Below are positions 31,039 through 39,441 of a stretch of 64,000 bases of DNA, in pieces. Positions within the stretch are counted from its first letter, which is position 1. The number at the start of each line of letters is the position of its first letter. The stretch is from Dehalococcoidia bacterium (GTDB lineage Bacteria; Chloroflexota; Dehalococcoidia; GIF9; UBA5629), in assembly GCA_041653995.1 (NCBI GenBank), contig JBAZEK010000001.1:1030613-1094612 (forward strand), read 5' to 3'. Under the pieces are notes generated by a model, which made no database searches, had not been told where the DNA came from, and saw only the letters and a list, made by a program, of their open reading frames with translations. The position numbers were made by a program, and so were the translations under genes.

Positions 31039-31275
31039 TTACATGATGTAGGGCGTGCGGCAGCATTTAAGTGCAACACGATGAGAACATATGGTGGGCG
31101 ATACTGGATTTGAACCAGTGACCCCCTGTGTGTAAGACAGGTAAAAACCTTTAATTGACTGGAGCTTATTGATAATCTCTAGGGAAGCCTTACGTTGTCC
31201 TGAAAGAATCATGCTCAAATAGCTTTTACTGATACCTAATTCTTTGGCTAATTGACTCTGTGTTAACTTTTTCAT
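31039..31275 (-). CDS. HTH protein = putative N-terminal fragment of the split integrase (Int-N)
   Basis: ATG 31275 abuts the xis-like stop. HTH 'LTQSQLAKELGISKSYLSMILSG'. Residues 49-61 are encoded by the att/tRNA copy and the last 17 aa by host flank. Confidence 0.6.
   Translation of the reverse strand: MKKLTQSQLAKELGISKSYLSMILSGQRKASLEIINKLQSIKGFYLSYTQGVTGSNPVSPTICSHRVALKCCRTPYIM
31092..31142. repeat. att site (distal copy): 3' 51 nt of tRNA-Val(UAC) without the 5' half
   Basis: 'tggtgggcgatactggatttgaaccagtgaccccctgtgtgtaagacaggt' is identical to 43144-43194. Confidence 0.95.
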
Positions 31276-31530
31276 TTATTTCACCCGCCTTTTTATATCC
31301 TTTAAGCCTGCGTTTCCAATTATCGGTAAATATTGGTACGACTTCTTCTGTCTTCCTTTTGCACTAAAGTTCCCCTGTGGTTTTCTCACAAAATGACAGT
31401 CTACCTCATCAATAAGCCATCTCCGTCCAATGTAGAGTGCATTAATCCGTCCCTCTGACAAAAGCTTACGAACCCGTCTCTCAGATATACCAAGCCTTTC
31501 TGCTGCCTGTGGAACCGTAAGTAGTTTCAT
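31276..31530 (-). CDS. excisionase-family DNA-binding protein (Xis-like)
   Basis: 'LLTVPQAAERLGISERRVRKLLSEGRINALYIGRRWLI' is the typical excisionase/MerR-type HTH_17 pattern. Confidence 0.7.
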   Translation of the reverse strand: MKLLTVPQAAERLGISERRVRKLLSEGRINALYIGRRWLIDEVDCHFVRKPQGNFSAKGRQKKSYQYLPIIGNAGLKDIKRRVK

Positions 31531-31706
31531 TCAATTACCTTCTATCATTTTAATATTATACCGTTATCGGAATAATGTCAAGTATAATTACAAGCTAAAA
31601 TATCTTTTCTTTTTGCCGCATTTTTCCATAATACTCCGCAGAATTTTTTCAAATCGTATTTAAATTAAGTTTTAAAAGTTCAAGAATGAGGGTTTATAAT
31701 ATGCAT

Positions 31707-31817
31707 ATAAACTGGAAGCATATGGAAGGAAGCACGATAGAAAGTTAGAACGTAAGCAAGCGAGTAAGCAAGAAGGAAAGCAGGCGAGCAGGGAAGCTAT
31801 GTTGCTTTCCTTTTTTT
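31707..31817 (+). ncRNA. candidate ~110-nt purine-rich small RNA or leader ending in an intrinsic terminator
   Basis: TATAAT at 31695-31700. Five GGA motifs. 8-bp stem ggaaagca/tgctttcc (31775-82 / 31803-10) followed by T7. Confidence 0.3.
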
Positions 31818-31841
31818 AATTTTTTGATTCGGAGGTACGAA

Positions 31842-32057
31842 ATGACTGAAAACAAGGTCAAGGAAATTAGATTGAGCAAATGCATGAATCAGAGAGAACT
31901 GGCAGAGAGAGCTCATATCTGTCAAACAGCTATTTCAGACATTGAAAGGGGGGTAAGACTACCATGGAAAGCAGCGTCTGAAAAGCTTGCTATTGCATTG
32001 GGTGTCACAATCGAGGAATTATTCCCAAACAATCTTAGGGGAGGTAAAAATTGCTAA
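31842..32057 (+). CDS. Cro/CI-type XRE HTH regulator
   Basis: ATG 31842 after GGAGG. 'MNQRELAERAHICQTAISDIERGVRLP'. Divergent from xis-int. Confidence 0.75.
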   Translation: MTENKVKEIRLSKCMNQRELAERAHICQTAISDIERGVRLPWKAASEKLAIALGVTIEELFPNNLRGGKNC

Positions 32058-32398
32058 ACAAAAATAGAACGTCTTTAAAGCTGGGAAACAAGAAAGTAGG
32101 CTACTTTGAAGGTGATAAATTCATCAAACCCGTAATCGGCTCAAAGCATCTGCTGAAATTTCCTTACCAAGCTTGGGCAATTGATGCCAAAGTATTTGAC
32201 GATGAAATTAAACCTAACGCCAATTATTTTATTGTAAGAGATAGGGAGTCGGGGCTTGAATATAGTTGTACGGTAAAGGACTTCGACAATTTAAAGCGAA
32301 CCATTAACAGAGGGTATGGTAAGCAGTACAGTCTATCTCTAAAACATTGGAAAATAGCAGCTATGGAAGACGCTGAAGCTTCCAGTAACGCAACATAG
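32051..32398 (+). CDS. hypothetical protein
   Basis: 115-aa ORF with TTG start after GGAGG, overlapping the cro-like stop by 7 nt. No recognisable motifs. Confidence 0.5.
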   Translation: MLNKNRTSLKLGNKKVGYFEGDKFIKPVIGSKHLLKFPYQAWAIDAKVFDDEIKPNANYFIVRDRESGLEYSCTVKDFDNLKRTINRGYGKQYSLSLKHWKIAAMEDAEASSNAT

Positions 32399-32579
32399 AG
32401 TAGTGCAGCACCCGTTTTAGTAGTTGGAGGTGCTGTGTAAAAATGGTATTAGACAGAAGGAAAAGGCTGATGGAGGAGGGTATGACTCGCCATGATATTT
32501 CAGGAGCCTACTTATTTAATCAATTCAAGTGAGTTGTAATAGATGGTCATACCTATTCGATGGTCTTAAGGAGGAAAAT

Positions 32580-33026
32580 ATGATTCAGGGCATAGAAAAT
32601 TATATAAATTTAACAGATACCAAGAATGAATGGGCAAAATTTCTAAATGGCTTTGAATGGCATTGGTTCTTTACTCTCACATTTGATAAAAAGGTAAGTG
32701 ATGACTTGGCATACAAGCAATTCTTTAGGTGGAAGAATTGGATAAAGAGTTCAGTAGGACACAGAATTTTCTATCTAATTATTCCTGAGCGTCCCAAGTA
32801 TAAGGGAGATAATACTCATATTCATGGATTTCTTAATGGTGTTGAAAATGAGAAACCCTACATATGGAGAAGGAAATGGGAGGCAATGGCAGGCTTTTCT
32901 CGGATTCAACCCTATGATAGTTCAAGGGGTGCAAGCTATTATCTAGCGGATAAAATTGTATTTAAAGAAGAGGATATTTATCATAGCAAAGACCTAAATA
33001 TGATAAAGATAAATACACTCAATTAA
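32580..33026 (+). CDS. HUH-superfamily rolling-circle replication initiator (Rep)-like protein
   Basis: ATG 32580 after AAGGAGG. Motif I 'FFTLTF', motif II 'THIHGFL' (HUH), motif III 'YYLADK'. Confidence 0.55.
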   Translation: MIQGIENYINLTDTKNEWAKFLNGFEWHWFFTLTFDKKVSDDLAYKQFFRWKNWIKSSVGHRIFYLIIPERPKYKGDNTHIHGFLNGVENEKPYIWRRKWEAMAGFSRIQPYDSSRGASYYLADKIVFKEEDIYHSKDLNMIKINTLN

Positions 33027-33117
33027 ATCCATTATATATATCAATATGATTATTACTACAAACATCAATATTTATTTCTTTTACTTTTACTTTTCCTTAT
33101 GCCCCTTTTTTATTTTT

Positions 33118-33172
33118 GCCCCAAATATGAATTAAATATAAATATCTACAATTAATTGCATAAAATTGGGGC
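33118..33172. other. hairpin (7-bp GC-rich stem, 41-nt AT-rich loop): candidate replication origin
   Basis: gccccaa (33118-24) pairs with ttggggc (33166-72). The loop holds 'taaatataaatatctacaa' (33133-51), which recurs at 34198-34216. Confidence 0.35.
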
Positions 33173-33231
33173 ATAGGGAAAAAATCACATATAAAATTCA
33201 AATAGAAAGTCAGGAGGAATCAGTAAGTAAA

Positions 33232-33858
33232 ATGAGTACAATAATTTCAAAACCTACGACAATTCAAATTAGCATGCTTGGGACACATGCCTTTTGTGAA
33301 TATAGGATATATCTTGAGCTTGTTATGGGTTTTAAAGCACGAGGTACACCAGAAATGCTTGAAGGCACAAAAGCACACTCAAGGATAAATACGATGGCTT
33401 TCTTAACGAGAGATTCAAATATTAGCATTGAGGATGCGTTGCTCCAAGCAGAGTCAGACGGAAGAGAAATAACAAAAAGGAACGTACGGGTAACAGGTAA
33501 GATACTACGTGGGAATATCGATGAAATTCACATTGGGCCAAAAGAAATTACGATTATAGATGATAAAAAATGGGCAGAGCATTATCCATCATATAAAAAT
33601 CAAGTCTTTGGCTATTGCCTTGCGTTTAAAGAACAATACAACCCAAAGCAGCCGATATACGGTGCCATAAAGAATTATCAGTCTGGAAAGGAAGTCTGGA
33701 AAAAACAATTTTCAGTTTTGGAAGAGGAATATATAAACGGCATTGTTCAAAGAATACTGGGGATAATTCGTGAGGATATCACTCCAAAACCCATTGGTGT
33801 TAGAGAAGTATGCTGGCAATGTGGATTTAAAAATTACTGCAATGTAAGGACACGATAG
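33232..33858 (+). CDS. Cas4-like PD-(D/E)XK nuclease with 4-Cys cluster
   Basis: N-terminal Cys 'HAFCEYRIYLE', 'IDEIH', 'IIDDKK', 'NQVFGY' (QxxxY), C-terminal 'CWQCGFKNYC' (C-x2-C-x5-C). AGGAGG upstream of ATG 33232. Confidence 0.6.
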   Translation: MSTIISKPTTIQISMLGTHAFCEYRIYLELVMGFKARGTPEMLEGTKAHSRINTMAFLTRDSNISIEDALLQAESDGREITKRNVRVTGKILRGNIDEIHIGPKEITIIDDKKWAEHYPSYKNQVFGYCLAFKEQYNPKQPIYGAIKNYQSGKEVWKKQFSVLEEEYINGIVQRILGIIREDITPKPIGVREVCWQCGFKNYCNVRTR

Positions 33859-33895
33859 CAAAATGGTGGAAAAAGGAAAAAGAAGAAACTAACTA

Positions 33896-34159
33896 CTATA
33901 CTGCCTTGAAACCCACAATAAAGTAATTTGATTTATCAAATATAAGTCTTATCTTGTGTTCTGAATTATCCTTGCCGGCCAGGGCAATTAAGAATGATAG
34001 CTTCTTTGGATTAGTAACTGTCTTAGAAATTGGACGATGGACAATAAAACCCTCAAGTTCAATCTTCACATATCTACAGCCAGTCTTCGGATATGGCAAA
34101 TCCTTCTCTTCCACAATATCTATATATTTGCATATGGCTGAATTTGTCCTTCTTGGCAT
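33896..34159 (-). CDS. hypothetical protein
   Basis: 87-aa ORF on the opposite strand, with purine-rich SD (AAGGGAAGAAAGGAA) upstream of the ATG. Confidence 0.4.
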   Translation of the reverse strand: MPRRTNSAICKYIDIVEEKDLPYPKTGCRYVKIELEGFIVHRPISKTVTNPKKLSFLIALAGKDNSEHKIRLIFDKSNYFIVGFKAV

Positions 34160-34503
34160 ATTTATTTCCTTTCTTCCCTTTTCCGCTAAATTTAAACTAA
34201 ATATAAATATCTACAAATTATTATATTAAATCCACAACCAAATTTGAATATGAATGCCACAGATAAATGGCGGAAAAGAAAAAGAGTCTTAGAGATATTA
34301 TTATTTTGTATTATTTTCTTTAATAGTCAGATAGCAAGTGTGGCTAAGGGCAATTTTACCTTTAAAAATATTGAATCTGGTTGTCATTTGTCTAGTGCTT
34401 TAAAAATAGAAAACCTTCACGTGTGAGAAATGCCAGTAGCACGTGTATTAGAAGCGGCATTTTAAATAAAATCTTAGCCCAAAGTCATAGCAAATATAGA
34501 TTG

Positions 34504-34532
34504 TTGCATGCGTCCTTTTAATACGATAGAAT
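34504..34532 (+). promoter_or_regulatory. promoter TTGCAT-17 nt-TAGAAT (copy A)
   Basis: Both hexamers and the spacing are conserved in the duplicated unit at 40413-40441. Confidence 0.5.
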
Positions 34533-34558
34533 ACGGTCAATGTAGTGAGGCTGGGGAG

Positions 34559-36502
34559 ATGAAATATTTACTTGCTTGTTTCATAGCACTATTCGTTATA
34601 TCAGCCTGTGCATCTCAAGTCCATGTTGGTGACCAAGCTCCAAACTTCACACTGACAGATATAAATGGTAAACGTATTAGTCTGCAAGATTTTCGTGGCA
34701 AGCAGGTTGTTCTTTATCTTTGGTTTTTATATTGTCCTGAATGTACAGAAGACCTTGCTGAGATTCAAGAGTTGAATAATAATAGTGACGAAAGAGTCAT
34801 TAAGTTCCTAACCATTAACCCAGAAAATTCATCAAAAGACGTTGCGGATTTTTTCACTAAAAATGGATATAGTTTCCCAGTTTTGTTTGATTTAGATGGA
34901 AGTATTTACAAGCAATATAATTTACGACCTCGGTCTGCACCCTACACAATAATTATTGCTCCTGATGGAAAGATTAACAATATTACAGTGGGGAATCTTC
35001 ATTATCAAGGTGGTTTAAAACGGTTAATTGGAGATAACGTAACATCCTTCAGTCCAAGTGCACAAACTCAAAAGACTCCAATAATTATCGTACCCAGTTT
35101 ACAATCTCATGGTGTCGATGAACTTGCTTATGTATCTAGCGAAACGAACACGAACTCTATATATGTCGTGAATGCAAACGGGGAATATATTGCTAACTCA
35201 TCTGGAAAAATGGATGCATTATACCATGTTAGTTGGTCGCCAAACGGAGATAAGATTATTTTTGAAGTGGTTAAAGATATCAATATAGACCAGAGAAATA
35301 TGACCCTTATTTCTTCGTCTGATATTTATTCTCTTGATATTAAAGACCATGAAGAGCGTAGACTTACTTCAAATTATCCGTATAGCAATTGTTCTCCCAC
35401 ATGGATTGAAGACGATAAAATCGTATTTTATTCAACAAGGGGAAGTTCGTATGGCAGTTTTTTACAAAATATATACATCATGAACGCAGACGGAAGTAAT
35501 CAGATAAATTTAACTAATTGTGCAGAGAATGTACCTATGGTATTAGAACCAATATTATCGCCTGACCACTTGTCTGCAGCATATATTACGGGTAAGTTAT
35601 TCGATGAAGATATATATGTGATAAACCTAGTGAATGGAAATAAATTTGAAATAGGCCATAATCCAACATTTGCACCCTGGACTTGGTGGTCTCCAAACAG
35701 TAAACAGATAGCGTATATATCTGCCTCTCTAAACGGGGGGCCTGAATCATTTTATCTCTACGATGTCGAAAAACAGAAACCGATAAAATACTATGATAGC
35801 CCTCAATCTTATTCTATTATGGAAATAGCATGGTCGCCAGACAGTAACAAAGTCGCTATTTTTGAAAAACCGCAGAGCTTGTATGTTTTAGATTGTCTGA
35901 GTTCCAAGTTTACAAAACTTGATGGGATATGTGACTGGGTAGTAGAGATGAAATGGATACCTAATAACCAACAAATAGCCATTATTGGTGACAGGTTTAC
36001 AAACAGAAACTTGTATGTAATTGATATTGGTGAGCAGAGTAAGCATAAAATCAATCCAGAGGGAACGGCAGTCGAGTCGTATCGATGGTCAACTGATAAT
36101 ACAAGAATCATTTATTGCTTAGATGATGGATATCTTTACACAACTTTCCTACCCAACTTAAATACCATAAAACTAATGCAACTTAATAAAAATACGATAA
36201 AAGGGTTAGCTTTGTCACCAGACGGTTTATTAATCGCTGTTGCTCTGAGTGACGATACTCTAACTGTAATTTCATTAAACAATAACAAGGTGTGCTTGTT
36301 AACTAATGATTATTACAATATTGGAGCAATTTCTTGGTCGCAAAACAGTAACATACTTGCATTTGAATACGGAACTTTATGGGATAGTCCGTTTGTATGC
36401 AGTAACATTCAAATCATCAATTTCGAAAACGAGGAACAGTTCATTAAATTAGATAAACCAATCTCAGGACGCTCTCCAATTTGGGCGAGAAAGGAAAAAT
36501 AA
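34559..36502 (+). CDS. lipoprotein: TlpA/ResA-like thioredoxin domain (CPEC) fused to TolB-like beta-propeller
   Basis: Signal 'MKYLLACFIALFVISAC'. 'VGDQAPNFTLTDINGKRISLQDFRGKQVVLYLWFLYCPEC'. Then >=8 PD40-like blades ('SWSPNGDKIIFE', 'WWSPNSKQIAYIS', 'AWSPDSNKVAIF', 'ALSPDGLLIAVA'). Confidence 0.75.
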   Translation: MKYLLACFIALFVISACASQVHVGDQAPNFTLTDINGKRISLQDFRGKQVVLYLWFLYCPECTEDLAEIQELNNNSDERVIKFLTINPENSSKDVADFFTKNGYSFPVLFDLDGSIYKQYNLRPRSAPYTIIIAPDGKINNITVGNLHYQGGLKRLIGDNVTSFSPSAQTQKTPIIIVPSLQSHGVDELAYVSSETNTNSIYVVNANGEYIANSSGKMDALYHVSWSPNGDKIIFEVVKDINIDQRNMTLISSSDIYSLDIKDHEERRLTSNYPYSNCSPTWIEDDKIVFYSTRGSSYGSFLQNIYIMNADGSNQINLTNCAENVPMVLEPILSPDHLSAAYITGKLFDEDIYVINLVNGNKFEIGHNPTFAPWTWWSPNSKQIAYISASLNGGPESFYLYDVEKQKPIKYYDSPQSYSIMEIAWSPDSNKVAIFEKPQSLYVLDCLSSKFTKLDGICDWVVEMKWIPNNQQIAIIGDRFTNRNLYVIDIGEQSKHKINPEGTAVESYRWSTDNTRIIYCLDDGYLYTTFLPNLNTIKLMQLNKNTIKGLALSPDGLLIAVALSDDTLTVISLNNNKVCLLTNDYYNIGAISWSQNSNILAFEYGTLWDSPFVCSNIQIINFENEEQFIKLDKPISGRSPIWARKEK

Positions 36503-36527
36503 GAAATTTCAAAAATGGAGACTGAAT

Positions 36528-36824
36528 ATGACTGGCGAATTGGGAAATTTTGTTATCGTCATGGGATTACCCTGTTTAGGAGCGCTGTTAATAGCTTTTT
36601 GTTCATTACCAACCGATAAATGGACAATAAAACACACTTTTATGTTGGTGGGAACTTCACTAATTTTTATTAGCTTTATTTTGCAAGCATATCAGATTAT
36701 TGATAAATACCCTGATAAAAATGAATATATATTTGGATGGTGGATTGTCGGTTTAGCTACCGTTATCATGGCTATAATAGGGCAAATTATTAGAATCAGA
36801 TACGGTAAAAGTTGGTTCCAATAG
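36528..36824 (+). CDS. small membrane protein (3 TM)
   Basis: 98-aa hydrophobic ORF, 26 nt after the upstream stop. Confidence 0.5.
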   Translation: MTGELGNFVIVMGLPCLGALLIAFCSLPTDKWTIKHTFMLVGTSLIFISFILQAYQIIDKYPDKNEYIFGWWIVGLATVIMAIIGQIIRIRYGKSWFQ

Positions 36825-36920
36825 GATAATAAAATAGTGGGAAAGGAAAGAGAAGGAAATTTAATTAGCTATCTATATTTAAGATAAGAGTGACTTATAG
36901 AACTTCATTGAGGTTGGGAG

Positions 36921-37451
36921 ATGCAACAACAGTATCAATGCCCTAATTGTAGGTATCCAGTTGCTTATGGGAATAATTTCTGTGGACATTGTAGACAACA
37001 ACTAATCTGGCAACAATTAATGCCACCTTCACCACCAGTACACCATCAGCAAACACCACAAGGCATTATTGGGAAATCACACGAGCAAAACACTTCTGGA
37101 CAAGGTGGTCAATCAATAATACCCGATGAAAAGCGTATTAAACTTCCAAAACTCAATATTCGTTTCGACTTTGAGTTGTTTCAAGCAATTGAGGACAATG
37201 ACCGTAAACTGGCTGAACAGCTCAAAGCAAAATATGGGGATGATGTTTATAATTCCAATTTTTATAACCTGCTTAGTATCGAAGACGCTAACTCAGTAGA
37301 CTCACTTCATCTTAAACTAGTATCAGTTGAAAAAATGAATTTCAATGATATTTTATGCGAAAGTATCAAAATAGAGACTGAAAAAGTACGCAAAAGGATA
37401 GAGGAGCTTGAGAATATAAAAAATTTACGCAACGGGATTGAGGAAGTGTAA
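36921..37451 (+). CDS. zinc-ribbon protein with Pro-rich linker and helical C-terminus
   Basis: 'MQQQYQCPNCRYPVAYGNNFCGHCRQQLIW'. Head is homologous to the host ORFs at 57880(-) and 58107(+). No TM helix. Confidence 0.65.
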   Translation: MQQQYQCPNCRYPVAYGNNFCGHCRQQLIWQQLMPPSPPVHHQQTPQGIIGKSHEQNTSGQGGQSIIPDEKRIKLPKLNIRFDFELFQAIEDNDRKLAEQLKAKYGDDVYNSNFYNLLSIEDANSVDSLHLKLVSVEKMNFNDILCESIKIETEKVRKRIEELENIKNLRNGIEEV

Positions 37452-37511
37452 GGAACTGACTAAACCCCTGAAACTGGCAGCTCGAGTAAGAAAAATGGCG
37501 GGAAAGAAAAT

Positions 37512-39368
37512 TTGATTTATATGTTATGGGATGATACGTATCGTAAAGATGCAGCGGAGTATGAAATCTATCTGCGTATGCATCATAAAGAAAAAAACGA
37601 TTACGAGAAGCTTTTATCTAATCTTGAACGTGAGTGGTCAGAAAAATCAGTTAAAGAAGAAAACTACATATCGCTTAAAAAGGAATACACAGCGAAACTA
37701 CAGGAAACAAAGAAGTACATTTCAAAGCTGAAATTCCAGATTACAGCACTCATTAAAAAATGTAATAAAGACATAGATAAAATCGATAGCCAAATTGAAC
37801 AAATTAAATTGCGGCACAAAGTTGGTGAATATTCAGAGGAGAAACTCAAAGAACTATTATCACCATCTGAAACAGAAAGAAGGCAATTTGAATCCTTAAT
37901 AATCGAACTGAAACGCATACATGGCTTGAAATATATACCTAAACCAACTACCGATGATGTTGTATCAGAAACAGAACCGAGTCAGCCTAGAAGGTCTCCT
38001 ATCCCAACGTCATCTACTTCTATTTCAACAGCTGAAGAGCAAGCCCCCGAAATATCAGCACCAATGAGTTTTGAAGAACCGCCTCCTATTTTGGTACCTG
38101 CTGTATTTAAAAAGTCTTCACCTGTAAGAGTAAAGAAGAGTCTGTGGATTATGGCTTCGATTACTATGTTTGTAATATTAATTCTCTGTTTTGTTATTTG
38201 GAATATAGAAGTGCATAAAAAGGTAATCCCTCAGATTGGAGACCAAGCTCCAAACTTCTCTCTCCCAGATATGAATGGTAAAACGGTTAACCTTCAGGAC
38301 TTTCACGGAAAGGGTGTTGTTCTTTACCTTTGGGACACATCATGTCCTTACTGCAAAAATGACCTTAGCTGGATAAATGAATTAAATGGCTGCACCTATG
38401 ACGAAGCAATAATATTTTTAACTATTAATATCTCAGATTCACGTGGAACAGCTATTAAATATTTTGAGGAAAATGGATATAGTATTCCCGTTTTAAATGA
38501 TATGCGTGGGACGGTTATTAAGCAGTATGTAAAGTACACCTTAGGCCATACGTATCCAGATACTATTCTTATTGGTTCAAATGGCCAGATTCGTAATGTA
38601 AAAGTCGGGCCCTTCCAAAGCAAGACTGAATTAAAAACATTTATAGAATCAGGTTTAACCCCCCGTTGGGATAATACTCCTCCACAAATTTATGATATTA
38701 ATCTTTCTAAGGCCTCTATTTTGAGTTGGAAAACGGATGAGGAAACACATAGTAATATACAAGGGTTTCGTAATAGTGTCGGAGGTGCTGGAGTCACTCT
38801 TGGTGAAAATTGGACAAGATATCATAGCGTAAATGAAACAGTTTGCACTAATGGCTACTATGACCAAATTCAAATCAACTCGTATGACCGCTGCGGTAAT
38901 TCTGCTTCAAAAGTTTTTACACTGCCCAACTGCATAAATTTAGGTTGTAGAGCTCCTGATTTCACAGCAACTTCAACTAATAATCAGGATATAACGCTGT
39001 CCGCAGTACCTAGCAAAATGACTCTACTTCACTTCTGGCTACTCGGATGTGGTGCATGTGAAAAGGAACTTCCATTAATCCAAAAACTATATTATGAGCG
39101 TCCTAGAGAAGAACTTGAGATATTGGCTGTGAATGTTAGAGGTGACATATACAGCATAAATGACTTCGTTACTGCAAATGGTTATAGATTAATTATTTTA
39201 CTAGATACAGAAGGCATAATAGATGCCGCCTATCATAATCCAAGGTTCCCCACAACCTTTTTATTGGATTGCAATAAGGTAATTATTAACAAGCATGACG
39301 GTGCCTTTCAAAATTATGAAGAAATCGTTGATTTTGTAGGTCAGTATCCAAAACTTCCTGGTAAATAG
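37512..39368 (+). CDS. coiled-coil / TM / thioredoxin (CPYC) / Fn3-like / thioredoxin (CGAC) protein
   Basis: 618 aa. TM 'LWIMASITMFVILILCFVIW'. 'IGDQAPNFSLPDMNGKTVNLQDFHGKGVVLYLWDTSCPYC', 'ILSWKTDEETHS', 'CRAPDFTATS...LLHFWLLGCGAC'. Start uncertain (TTG 37512, ATG 37521, or frameshifted ATG 37495). Confidence 0.7.
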   Translation: MIYMLWDDTYRKDAAEYEIYLRMHHKEKNDYEKLLSNLEREWSEKSVKEENYISLKKEYTAKLQETKKYISKLKFQITALIKKCNKDIDKIDSQIEQIKLRHKVGEYSEEKLKELLSPSETERRQFESLIIELKRIHGLKYIPKPTTDDVVSETEPSQPRRSPIPTSSTSISTAEEQAPEISAPMSFEEPPPILVPAVFKKSSPVRVKKSLWIMASITMFVILILCFVIWNIEVHKKVIPQIGDQAPNFSLPDMNGKTVNLQDFHGKGVVLYLWDTSCPYCKNDLSWINELNGCTYDEAIIFLTINISDSRGTAIKYFEENGYSIPVLNDMRGTVIKQYVKYTLGHTYPDTILIGSNGQIRNVKVGPFQSKTELKTFIESGLTPRWDNTPPQIYDINLSKASILSWKTDEETHSNIQGFRNSVGGAGVTLGENWTRYHSVNETVCTNGYYDQIQINSYDRCGNSASKVFTLPNCINLGCRAPDFTATSTNNQDITLSAVPSKMTLLHFWLLGCGACEKELPLIQKLYYERPREELEILAVNVRGDIYSINDFVTANGYRLIILLDTEGIIDAAYHNPRFPTTFLLDCNKVIINKHDGAFQNYEEIVDFVGQYPKLPGK

Positions 39369-39441
39369 ATAATTTCTTGATATTAAGAAATCGAGGTGTA
39401 CTGGTCTGAACCCCTGAAACTGGACAGCTTGAGTAAGAAAA

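Noticed and set aside
32443-32532. 29-codon ORF (MVLDRRKRLMEEGMTRHDISGAYLFNQFK) after a GGAGG between the 115-aa ORF and Rep.
   Set aside because: It may be real (SD present), but it is too short to support from sequence alone.
34244-34426. 60-aa ORF 'MNMNATDKWRKRKRV...' upstream of the first cargo gene.
   Set aside because: It has no SD and lies in AT-rich DNA, where ORFs of this size arise by chance. It also overlaps the region homologous to the non-coding upstream part of the second promoter unit.
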